A stretch of 32,000 bases of DNA from Patescibacteria group bacterium (GCA_030549845.1 JAUQQN010000001.1:30001-62000), one strand, 5' to 3'; positions 16,131 through 25,161 are shown, counted from the first letter of the stretch. Numbers and translations are program-made. Notes: a model not told the origin generated them from the letters alone.

Positions 16131-19022
16131 TCACAACTTGCCTTTTGTAAAATTTACAATGTTTTCTAAGATCTTATCAAAATTTTCAAACCAATAATCT
16201 TTATAGCCGGAAGATCTAACTCTATCTTCATCTTCTGTGTATAGAAAACAAAAAATATAACAATTTAGATTTTTGTATTGGAATTTTTTAGGCTTATTTT
16301 CTTCTTCGAAAATTTCTTTATATCCTAAAACTTTATCTTCAAAATTCCTATAACTTGTACTCTTAGGATCAACAAAAACTATATAATAATCATTCCCTCT
16401 CTTAAGCCAAAAAATAAAGTCTGGTTTGAAGTTTTCAAACTGGGATTTTTCATAATTATAGTAAGGAATATAGACATCATCTAAATTTTCATCAATTTTG
16501 CTAAATAACCACCAATCAAAATTATTGAATTTACTTTCTTTACTAGCAATATATTTTTCTAACTCTTCTATAAATTTAATCTCGCTTTTAGTTTTTATTA
16601 TATGTTTTATATATTCCACTCTCTCATTTCTTTGCAAAATCAAAGGAAGATAATAATGTTGAGGAATGTATTTTAAATCTAATTCTCTGCCATATACTGA
16701 AGTTTTTTTATTTTCAAATACATTCTTTATTAAATTTTCAAAATTTTTAAAGTCTGCTTCTTCTAATTCAACAATAATTTTTTTATAATGCTTTATCTCA
16801 TCCTTTAATTCTTCAATATTTTCTAATTCTCTTAATTCTTTATTCCAGAAATTAAAAATATTATTCAAAACTACTACGGGATTTTTGACAATTGACTGAT
16901 CTACAAATTTGTAAAACTGATTTTCTCTTTCAAAAGAATTTTTAACAAATTTCAAAAGTTTAGGCTCAACATTGTAATTAACTAACAAAATTCTTTCATC
17001 TTTAATAAATTCGTAAAATTCTCTAACCAAACTCAATTCATCTCGTGATAATTTAAACCTTGATTTTACTTCACTTTCTTCAAATAACTTTTTATCTGCA
17101 AGCTTGTATTTAGGAATTAAGAGAATTTTATCTTTTATAATTTCTTCATTTTTAAATAGACGAAGTTCTTTTTTAGCTTTTGTTTCTTTTTTAAACTCTT
17201 CTGTTTCTTTTAAGATCGTCTCCAATGCTGATTTGTTAGTGCCAAATATAAATAAAGTTTCTATAGAAGGCACAAAATCTTTAATTTTTTGAAAAACATC
17301 CTTAAACTCTGGATCTAAATCTATATATATTCCTCTTTTCCTTTGATTTTTAACAGGTTCAATTCTTACCCCTCTCCCTATTGACTGCAAAACAAATTTC
17401 CTAGCATTTTTCTGCGTGCCAATATTTATAAACATTATTATATTCGGCCTATTGGAATCCCATCCTTCATAAAATACTCTTGAACCAAGTAAGATGTTTA
17501 CTGAAGATTCTTCATCATTTACCCTTTCAAAAAATCCTTCATTTTCGAATGTATGATTTACTTCAAAATTCAATAACTCATTTTTAAGCCAATTTGGCAT
17601 TTGTCCGGTTTTACTAAGACAAAAATGAGAATCTGATGTTTTTAATTTAAAAGCAACTTCACTATTATTTGAAGGATTAAAAGATATTTCTATTTCTCCA
17701 GGTTTTTCCGAATTAAACACATATCTTAAAATATCTCGGTAATTTATTGATTGTAAAAGTTGGTCATCAAATTCAATTTCCTCGTTTGGCAGTATATATT
17801 CCTTTTTATTATTTAATTCTTCTATAATTTCATTTTTAGCCTCTTCAATAATTTTTTCTTCTACTTTTCCTTTCCCTATCTTCTCTAATTCTTTAAATAT
17901 TTTCTTTAAATCAGCTAATTCATTATCAACAGAGTTTACTAATACTAAAATTAATGGCTTATGATATAAATTGGTTTTGATTTTTCTAATCTCTTCAAGA
18001 TTCTTTTTAATATATGTCAAAAGAATTAATGCTTTAAGAATAATTTTTTGTTTAGTTAAATCATCAAAATCTTCTTTATTTCTAAAAGCATCAATATCTC
18101 TTTCGAAAATATAAATTTTCTTACCGAATCCTTTTTCAATAAAACTTGAAAGATTAAATTCATAAACGCAAGTTACTAAATCTCTAATATCATCAAAAGT
18201 CGCTGAAAAATTAAAAAGAAAACCATTTTGTGAAAGAATAGAATAGATATGTTGTCTTTTTGATTCATCTTTGTCGCCTTTATGAGCTTCGTCCAAAATT
18301 AAATACCATTTACCTTCATTATAATAATTTCTAAAATCTATAATTTTTTCTTTCTCTTCATCGCTAAACAAATCTGATCTATAATAAAAAACAATATTTT
18401 CTTTAAAAAGTTTTAAAGAAGATTTTATTTTCTCATAATCCTTAAAATTACAAAGTTCAATTCTATTTTGTATATTAAACTTATTATATTCATCTATGTG
18501 CTCTTGAAATTGCTTTATTAAATCTTCCCTATGAGTCAGAAATAAAATGTCATAATCAGGTATTTCTCTTCTTTGAATCAAATTTTTGAGAATTTCTATA
18601 AGTTTAATAATCACCAAAGTCTTTCCGCTCCCAGTTGCCATCCAAAAACTCATCCTATTAATGAAATGCTTAAAACTTATCTCGTTATTTTCTAACTCGT
18701 AATAATCAAAAATAAATTTATGCTTTCTTTCTTCCTTGTATTTATGAGAAACTTCTTGAGGATTTAAGCCCCAATCTAAATATTTTTCATACAAAATTTT
18801 CTTTCTTCGCTCATTAATTTCTAAATTTTCATTTTCAAAATAGTCATACTCTTTATCATAGTAGAACCATAAAATTTTTAAAGCATTCTCTAGAGCTTCT
18901 TTTTGAAAATCATAAAGTTTTTTATTCTCAGAGAAATTATCTAAATCAAAATTCTGCCAATTAAAAGATAATTGATTTTTATCAATATTTTCAGCTATTT
19001 TTTGAAGAATTAACTTTGCCAT
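16131..19022 (-). CDS. res: Type III restriction enzyme Res subunit (SF2 helicase plus C-terminal PD-(D/E)XK nuclease)
   Basis: Walker A is WMATGSGKTLV. Motif II is LILDEAHKG. Motif III is FNFSATF. Motif VI is QSIGRGVRI. The C-terminal FKPDFIFW...IVFVDPKS is a nuclease-like motif. Confidence 0.88.
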   Translation of the reverse strand: MAKLILQKIAENIDKNQLSFNWQNFDLDNFSENKKLYDFQKEALENALKILWFYYDKEYDYFENENLEINERRKKILYEKYLDWGLNPQEVSHKYKEERKHKFIFDYYELENNEISFKHFINRMSFWMATGSGKTLVIIKLIEILKNLIQRREIPDYDILFLTHREDLIKQFQEHIDEYNKFNIQNRIELCNFKDYEKIKSSLKLFKENIVFYYRSDLFSDEEKEKIIDFRNYYNEGKWYLILDEAHKGDKDESKRQHIYSILSQNGFLFNFSATFDDIRDLVTCVYEFNLSSFIEKGFGKKIYIFERDIDAFRNKEDFDDLTKQKIILKALILLTYIKKNLEEIRKIKTNLYHKPLILVLVNSVDNELADLKKIFKELEKIGKGKVEEKIIEEAKNEIIEELNNKKEYILPNEEIEFDDQLLQSINYRDILRYVFNSEKPGEIEISFNPSNNSEVAFKLKTSDSHFCLSKTGQMPNWLKNELLNFEVNHTFENEGFFERVNDEESSVNILLGSRVFYEGWDSNRPNIIMFINIGTQKNARKFVLQSIGRGVRIEPVKNQRKRGIYIDLDPEFKDVFQKIKDFVPSIETLFIFGTNKSALETILKETEEFKKETKAKKELRLFKNEEIIKDKILLIPKYKLADKKLFEESEVKSRFKLSRDELSLVREFYEFIKDERILLVNYNVEPKLLKFVKNSFERENQFYKFVDQSIVKNPVVVLNNIFNFWNKELRELENIEELKDEIKHYKKIIVELEEADFKNFENLIKNVFENKKTSVYGRELDLKYIPQHYYLPLILQRNERVEYIKHIIKTKSEIKFIEELEKYIASKESKFNNFDWWLFSKIDENLDDVYIPYYNYEKSQFENFKPDFIFWLKRGNDYYIVFVDPKSTSYRNFEDKVLGYKEIFEEENKPKKFQYKNLNCYIFCFLYTEDEDRVRSSGYKDYWFENFDKILENIVNFTKGKL

Positions 19023-19057
19023 TTATTAAATTTTAAAATTAGGATTTATTGTTGCTG

Positions 19058-19834
19058 TCATATAATTAATTTTTCTAAAATATTCCTATCTAATCTCTTT
19101 AAATATTCATTAACATAAAAATAGTCTGGTTCTTGTTTAATCGCTCTTGTTATTATTCTAAAAGCTTTATCTAAGCCTATATCTTCTTTCAAAACTTGAT
19201 TGACATTGAAAAGAATTAAACCTATTCCAAATCTTAAACATAAAGATTCTAATCTACTTAAATCAACCTGAGATATTGTCTCTGGTAATACTAAATAAAC
19301 TTTATGACTAAATAATTTATAAGAACAAGCTTGACCAAAAGCAATAATTGGCTGATTAGTATCTATTTTAATTTCAGCACTAATTATTTCTGGTAATGGT
19401 TCAATTATTGATGGCTTCGAGATTTTATAAATTCCTAAAACATCTGGAGTACCCCATCTATCTCTAAACACACTACCTCCTAATGGTATAGTTTTTGTAC
19501 ATCCTTCTAATTCTTGTACTAAATAATCAGCAAATTTTTGATAGATTGTCTCTTCTCTAATTTTTGTTTCTTCTTCAAATATTTTTTCTTCCTTAAGATT
19601 TTCATAAAATTTCCTTAAAATATAGAGCCCTCTTTCTGGTTTTATTACATCTTTGATTTTTTTATCTAAATTCCATATTTCCCATTGAATAAGTTTTAAT
19701 TTAATTTCTGGATATTCTTCGTAAATTTTATTTACTAATTTAGAATACCTTATTCCTTGAGGTGAATTTTCTAAAATCTCCAAAGCTTTTTCTCTTATTG
19801 CTTCCTGTTTTTGTTTATGGGTTAGTTTTTTCAT
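19058..19834 (-). CDS. Hypothetical protein: N-terminal winged-helix-like region plus PD-(D/E)xK-like core
   Basis: 258-aa ORF between mod and res. The N-terminus (ILENSPQGIRYSKLVNKIYEEYP...ERGLYILRK) looks wHTH-like. The central region, E...WGTPDVLGIYKI...IISAEIKID...FGQACSY, fits an E/D...ExK...Q nuclease-fold pattern. The function is inferred only. Confidence 0.45.
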   Translation of the reverse strand: MKKLTHKQKQEAIREKALEILENSPQGIRYSKLVNKIYEEYPEIKLKLIQWEIWNLDKKIKDVIKPERGLYILRKFYENLKEEKIFEEETKIREETIYQKFADYLVQELEGCTKTIPLGGSVFRDRWGTPDVLGIYKISKPSIIEPLPEIISAEIKIDTNQPIIAFGQACSYKLFSHKVYLVLPETISQVDLSRLESLCLRFGIGLILFNVNQVLKEDIGLDKAFRIITRAIKQEPDYFYVNEYLKRLDRNILEKLII

Positions 19835-20504
19835 TTTTATAATTTAAATACTTCAAAAGATATATAAAATCCTCTTTAACACCAACAATTTCACTAATAC
19901 TCATAGGGGTAATATTTTTTTTCATAACAATATGTAAGGATAATGTATGATTACTAGGTTTAATTTTCATTGTTTTTATTTGAAAATATTTTAATATTTC
20001 ATTAAACATTTTTTGAATATAATCAATTATCTCTTTTAATTCATCTATGATGTCATTAAATTTAATAACTGATAATATATCTACCGCAGATAATTTTTTA
20101 TTGATATCTATATGGGCTACAACCTTATTTACAGTTTTTAAAATCTCATTAATTTCATTGTTTTTATATTTATCAATTTCTGATTCAATTTCTTTTAATT
20201 TCTGCACATCTTCCAATAAATTTTTGTGTTGGAATTCTTTAGAGAAATAGATTAGGGGAAAATATAAAGAATATACATCATCTCTTTCTCTTTTATCGAA
20301 AATTTTTCTTATTTCTAATAAAGTTATTAAAAGAGTGTTGATAACAAACAAAATAAAAAAATTTCTAAATTTTTTTATTAGAATATGATTCCTATATTCT
20401 TCTAGTACATTTAAATTTGTTTTAACAAAAGCAATTTCTTTTGCCAAAATATCTTTCCACTCTTCCAGTTTTTTAATTGCATTTTTATTTAAAATTTCTT
20501 CCAT
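19815..20504 (-). CDS. Hypothetical protein, possibly HEPN-like (AbiU2-type layout) with a non-canonical N-x4-H motif
   Basis: 229-aa all-helical-looking ORF. It has a hydrophobic helix, FFILFVINTLLITLLEI. ILKTVNKVVAHIDINKK sits where AbiU2/HEPN families carry R-x4-6-H. There is a 4-nt gap to the mod stop and a 20-nt overlap with the next gene. Confidence 0.35.
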   Translation of the reverse strand: MEEILNKNAIKKLEEWKDILAKEIAFVKTNLNVLEEYRNHILIKKFRNFFILFVINTLLITLLEIRKIFDKRERDDVYSLYFPLIYFSKEFQHKNLLEDVQKLKEIESEIDKYKNNEINEILKTVNKVVAHIDINKKLSAVDILSVIKFNDIIDELKEIIDYIQKMFNEILKYFQIKTMKIKPSNHTLSLHIVMKKNITPMSISEIVGVKEDFIYLLKYLNYKNEKTNP

Positions 20505-20508
20505 CTTT

Positions 20509-23064
20509 TCACCACCAAATTAATTTTTTAATTTCTGGCAAATGTTTTTCTAATTGATTTAAACTTACTTTTTCTCCATCTTCAAATTCAACTTCATTTT
20601 CTGAAATTTTTTTAAGCCACTTGCCTTTTAAACAAGAAAGTGTTTCAGCAATATCTACATTTGAATAAATTTTACTAAAATCAATTTTTATCTTGTTATT
20701 TTCATAATTAATTTCTAAGGCTTCTAACATTTTAGGGTCAGCCATAAATATATAATTAAAATCTTCTTTAAATAATTTAGGTGATTCTTTTTCAGTCAAA
20801 TATTTTGCTTTATCCAAAATATCTGGAAATTGCTCAAGTTCATAATATTTGAAAAATCCACCTGCTTTATCTTCGTTATATTTTTCCTTAACATCCTTTT
20901 CTTTTGATATTCCAAATTTATCATAAGCTAAAACCTTTTTCATTCTTGGTAAAACTACTGTATAAAAATGCTCTCCCATCTCTACACCAATCCATTTTCT
21001 TTTTAGTTTATGTGCTACTGCTGTTGTTGTGCCACTTCCTAAAAAGAAATCCATAACTAAATCGTCTTCGTTGGAAGTAGATTCTATGACACGTTTGAGA
21101 AGGATTTCAGAGTTTTCGGTAGGGAAACCAGTTGATTTGGATATAACGTAAGTGTAGCCTAAAATATCTGTCCAGTCATTATTTACAGGAACCTCTCGTC
21201 TTAAATAGAAAGCATCAAACTCCCTAGAGCTACATTTTTGACAACAGAGAATCTTTAGATTAGGATCAGTATTTTGATATTCCCATCCACAATTCTTACA
21301 CACGATTTTTATATTTCCTTTACTTATTTCAATTTCTATTCTCTCTTGAGAAAATTGCCAATGAGTTCCTTTTGGTGCTTTAATAATCATTCCCCAAAAT
21401 ACCCGTGTTGGTTCTCCTCGTTCCCCAGGGAAAAACATTATTGTCCATTCTAGCTTTTCGTCAGGTTTAGGTCTTAAAGGTATAGTTATGGTTGCTTTTT
21501 GTTTATTCACGGAAAAAAATATTAAGCTTTCTGTATCATTTTCAAATTTATTTCTCTCTTTACTCTCAGTTCTCTTTCCTTTTCTTACTATTATCTCATT
21601 CCTAAAATTCTCCTTTCCAAAAATCTCATCCATCAAAGGTCTTACAATCCAATTCCCATTGTAATCACATCTAACAAAAATACTTCCTGTATCTTTTAAC
21701 AACTCTCTTGCAAGCCTTAGTCTATTTTCAAGCATTGTAGCCCAGGTGGAGTCTTTGTATTTTACAGAATAGAAATAATCTGCTTCTTGTTCTTTATTAA
21801 ATGGTGGATCGATATAAATAGTTTGCACTTTTTCTTTAAATTTTGGTAAGATTGTATTTAATGCTTGATAATTTTCGCTCTTTATTAACCAACCATCTAA
21901 ATTTTCATCTAAATTATCAAAAAGGCTTAAAATTTCAAGTTCTAAATCTTTAAAGTATTTTGTATCTATAGGTAAAAATTGATATTTTTTGTTTAAATTT
22001 TTGCCACTTAAATCTTTTTGAATGATTTTATTTTTGTCAAAATCTTCATCAATTATATTTAATTCTTTCCATTCTTTTATTTGTTCACTAAAATTTTTAT
22101 GATTTATTATCTTTTCAATAATTTGGATTCCCTTTTCATGATTTTGTTTTACTAATCTATCTAAAGTGATAACATAATTCGAATTTAAAACAAATCTTGG
22201 TTTATTCCATATTTTTACAAGTTCATCCTCAAATTTAGAGACAAAATCAATAATAAATTCTGCGCATTCCCTTAACTTATTTATCTGATCGATTCTTTCT
22301 GGAGTATAATCTTGGTTAGTTGAGAAAAATTTATTATAGATAAATAGTTTTAATTGTTCGGTTAAAAAAGCTTTTGCATTTTTATGAATAAAATAATCTA
22401 TTTCTGATTGTTGTTCAAATTTTTTGAATGCTTTTTCTAAAATTTCTTCTGTTAACTTGATATTCTTGTTTTTAAATTTATTTTTTAATTTTTTGAGAAT
22501 TTCATCTATTTTTGTTGTTTTCCCTTTTTCTGAATAATAAACTTTAAAAACAAATCTTTCTTCTGATGTTTGACTTTCATCTAATTCATAAATAAGCTCT
22601 CTTTTCTCATTTGCTTTTTTAGCTTCAAGAGTTGAAACATCAAAGTAAAATCTAAATTCTTTATTATTTTCTTGTAAGACAACTTCTAATGATTTATATA
22701 TTCTATCGGTTTTAAGATAATAAAGATCACGGGTTTTCCAAAATAAAATTATGTCTTCTTTATCTGTATAAACCCTGTCATAAATTTGATGATAGTATGG
22801 AGTATTAACAAAATAGATTGATCCTGATTCTGAAAAATATCGAGAAAAGAAAGTATAAATTTTTTCAAAAAGTTCTTCCTTAAAATTTGGGTATTTCTTT
22901 AAAATTTCTTTTATTTTTTGTTCGAGCTTAGGTTTAAAAACTTCATCGTAATATTTCTTTTTAATTTTCATCAAATTTATATAGCCACCAGTGCCCTCAA
23001 TCTCAGCCCCAACAAACATATTAGTTAAAAGATTGTAAAATTTTTGCTCATAATCTTGTCTCAT
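20509..23064 (-). CDS. mod: Type III-like DNA methyltransferase Mod subunit (beta-class N6A/N4C amino-methyltransferase) with a ~400-aa N-terminal extension
   Basis: Motif IV, IYIDPPFN, lies about 250 aa before motif I, VMDFFLGSGTTTAVAHKL. That order defines the beta class. A Cys4 ribbon, CKNCGW...CCQKCSS, sits in the putative target-recognition region. Confidence 0.88.
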   Translation of the reverse strand: MRQDYEQKFYNLLTNMFVGAEIEGTGGYINLMKIKKKYYDEVFKPKLEQKIKEILKKYPNFKEELFEKIYTFFSRYFSESGSIYFVNTPYYHQIYDRVYTDKEDIILFWKTRDLYYLKTDRIYKSLEVVLQENNKEFRFYFDVSTLEAKKANEKRELIYELDESQTSEERFVFKVYYSEKGKTTKIDEILKKLKNKFKNKNIKLTEEILEKAFKKFEQQSEIDYFIHKNAKAFLTEQLKLFIYNKFFSTNQDYTPERIDQINKLRECAEFIIDFVSKFEDELVKIWNKPRFVLNSNYVITLDRLVKQNHEKGIQIIEKIINHKNFSEQIKEWKELNIIDEDFDKNKIIQKDLSGKNLNKKYQFLPIDTKYFKDLELEILSLFDNLDENLDGWLIKSENYQALNTILPKFKEKVQTIYIDPPFNKEQEADYFYSVKYKDSTWATMLENRLRLARELLKDTGSIFVRCDYNGNWIVRPLMDEIFGKENFRNEIIVRKGKRTESKERNKFENDTESLIFFSVNKQKATITIPLRPKPDEKLEWTIMFFPGERGEPTRVFWGMIIKAPKGTHWQFSQERIEIEISKGNIKIVCKNCGWEYQNTDPNLKILCCQKCSSREFDAFYLRREVPVNNDWTDILGYTYVISKSTGFPTENSEILLKRVIESTSNEDDLVMDFFLGSGTTTAVAHKLKRKWIGVEMGEHFYTVVLPRMKKVLAYDKFGISKEKDVKEKYNEDKAGGFFKYYELEQFPDILDKAKYLTEKESPKLFKEDFNYIFMADPKMLEALEINYENNKIKIDFSKIYSNVDIAETLSCLKGKWLKKISENEVEFEDGEKVSLNQLEKHLPEIKKLIWW

Positions 23065-23099
23065 TAATTTAATTTTATCACTTTTTAGGAAGGATCAGT

Positions 23100-23122
23100 T
23101 TTTCGTAATCTGATTACGAAAA
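23100..23122. repeat. Palindromic element, perfect copy g (central base T)
   Basis: TTTTCGTAATCTGATTACGAAAA, 36 nt upstream of the mod start and downstream of the stop of 23162-23638. Confidence 0.9.
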
Positions 23123-23161
23123 GGTGTAAGTTATACAACTTATACCAAAATAAATAAAAAT

Positions 23162-23638
23162 TTACTTAAACCTGATTGGTAGTTCGAAATAGTATTGATT
23201 TTCTAAAAGGCCTGACGGGTTAGAATTTCTAAAAATTAATGTTCCTCGATGAGAAAAATGGTTAATGTCAGTATTTGGAAAGGATGGGTTTTTAAATTCT
23301 AATTTTCCTTCAAAAGTAACAAAATCTTCTGTCATCCAATTATCTTTTGCTTCAACATAGCTTTCAGTAATAATCTTTCCGTCCCAATCAACTAAAGTAA
23401 CTGGGAAGGTTGCTTCAAAAAACCAATTACCTTTTGCTTTACCTTTAATAATAAGTGGAGAGTCAATAACATCATTTGCTTTTGGAGATTCGATTATTAT
23501 TGTTTTTGATATTTCTTTTTCTGTTTTTATTTCTTTTTGTGGTTTAAAATAAAGTTTTTCAAGATAAGAACGAGACAAAAATAATAAAATTAACAGAGTT
23601 ACTGATGTTATTATAAAAATTATTATTTTCTTAAGCAT
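23162..23638 (-). CDS. Gmad2 immunoglobulin-like domain protein, membrane-anchored
   Basis: It has a signal anchor. IIESPKANDVIDSPLIIKGKAKGNWFFEATFPVTLVDWDGKII matches the Gmad2 pattern (P..g..v.SP..i.G.A.g.wFEa.f.v.l.d..G). Confidence 0.8.
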   Translation of the reverse strand: MLKKIIIFIITSVTLLILLFLSRSYLEKLYFKPQKEIKTEKEISKTIIIESPKANDVIDSPLIIKGKAKGNWFFEATFPVTLVDWDGKIITESYVEAKDNWMTEDFVTFEGKLEFKNPSFPNTDINHFSHRGTLIFRNSNPSGLLENQYYFELPIRFK

Positions 23639-24797
23639 TGATTTTTAGTGATTTTAGAAGAATTAAAAGAGAAATTGACATTAAGATTATACCGATTGTG
23701 AACGAATAAGTAAAGCCAAATTTTGTCCAGATATAACCAGCAAGTGAACCACCAAGAAGTTGGCCTATGCCAAAAAGAGCATTTAAAGTGCCTTGGGAGG
23801 TTGCTAAATATTCAGAAGAAACATTCTTGCCTATATAAACCATTTTTATCCCATCTATTGAAGCTAAACTAAATGCTAAAACAATAATTCCTAAAATCAC
23901 AAGTAAATTAATATTTATTAGAAATAAGAAGTAAGAACTAATTGCAGTTAAAAATCCAATAATTAAAACTTTATCTTCGCCTAATTTATCAGCGGTTTTT
24001 CCTAGAAAAAAAGCAAAAATTACAAAAGATAAATTAAAAATAAAATAAAACAATGGGAAAAATTTTAATGAAGGATCAATTGTTTGAGTCCTTAAAAGAA
24101 CTAAAGCTAAAGGAAAATAACCTAAAGAAAAAATAAAAAATGAAAGAAGATAAAGCTTTATTTTGGATGAAAAAATTTTGAAATCAAAAATAAATTTTTT
24201 GTTTTTATTATGAGGTTCTTTTTTGTCTTCAACAAAAATAAAAGTTAAAATTGCTAAAAAACCAATAAGTGTTCCGAACAAAAATAAACTTTTATAATTC
24301 AAATTTAAAAAATAGTTTAAGAGAAAAAAGCCTAAAAGAGGGCCTAAAATAGCGCCAATAGTATCAAAAGCTCTATGAAAATTAAATGATTTATTAAGCT
24401 CTTCTTTGTCTGAAGAAAGATATAGTAAAGCATCGCGAGGTGCATCTCTTAATCCCTTCCCTACTCTATCAATAATTCTTAAGGTAAATACTTGCCAAAT
24501 GCTATTTACAAAATAAAGCATAAACCTTGTAAGATTAGAAATTGTATAGCCTAAAACAGCAAATATTTTTCTTTTATTGTAATAGTCAGAAAGTCTTCCC
24601 GAAAAAATTTTAAAGATATTGACTAAAGCATCAGCAGTTCCTTCTAAAAAACCAACAAACCATAAGGGTGCATTTAAACTTTTAACTAAAAAAGCAGGCA
24701 TAACAGAATAAATCATCTCACTTGAAAAATCATTAAATAAACTCACAAGACTTAAAAAGAAAACATTCTTATTTACTCCTAAGATTTTATTTTTCAT
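23631..24797 (-). CDS. MFS transporter
   Basis: 388 aa with about 12 hydrophobic helices. It carries an MFS loop motif, GRLSDYYNKRKIF, and overlaps the downstream gene by 8 nt. Confidence 0.85.
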   Translation of the reverse strand: MKNKILGVNKNVFFLSLVSLFNDFSSEMIYSVMPAFLVKSLNAPLWFVGFLEGTADALVNIFKIFSGRLSDYYNKRKIFAVLGYTISNLTRFMLYFVNSIWQVFTLRIIDRVGKGLRDAPRDALLYLSSDKEELNKSFNFHRAFDTIGAILGPLLGFFLLNYFLNLNYKSLFLFGTLIGFLAILTFIFVEDKKEPHNKNKKFIFDFKIFSSKIKLYLLSFFIFSLGYFPLALVLLRTQTIDPSLKFFPLFYFIFNLSFVIFAFFLGKTADKLGEDKVLIIGFLTAISSYFLFLININLLVILGIIVLAFSLASIDGIKMVYIGKNVSSEYLATSQGTLNALFGIGQLLGGSLAGYIWTKFGFTYSFTIGIILMSISLLILLKSLKINA

Positions 24798-24847
24798 ATC
24801 TTTTATTATTTATTATATATTTTTATTAATAAACGCGATAACTTCGT

Positions 24848-25150
24848 TCAGCACTTCCAACAACTCATCGATTCTATGAATTCTTTTTTCCCAACAAGAA
24901 TTTGATCTTGCGGATAACGAGGTTTAGGAGATAATTTTATTTCTGATTGCATTGTATTTATCAATTGAGATAAATAAATTATAAACCTCATGCATAAAGC
25001 TTCGTCTTCATAATTATCAATTAGATTCCATAACACATCTTCACTTACAGCTAATAAAATTACTGGTAAACCCTCAATATTTGTTGTTAATTCAAAACTC
25101 TTATTTTCTTTAAGTCTGAAACCAAAAACAATCGTAGCGCCTTTTTCCAA
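24848..25150 (-). pseudogene. Hypothetical ORF fragment (TTG start), probably part of a decayed gene
   Basis: It is one of several short, consecutive, differently framed ORF pieces between 24848 and about 25540. I recognise no motif. Confidence 0.3.
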
Positions 25151-25161
25151 ATCAATTCTTC

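Noticed and set aside
1838-23122. Palindromes as integron attC sites.
   Set aside because: At 23-27 bp they are much shorter than attC sites. The window contains no intI-like integrase and no attI/Pc arrangement. The flanked genes are also in mixed orientations. I kept the idea only as a loose analogy in the findings.
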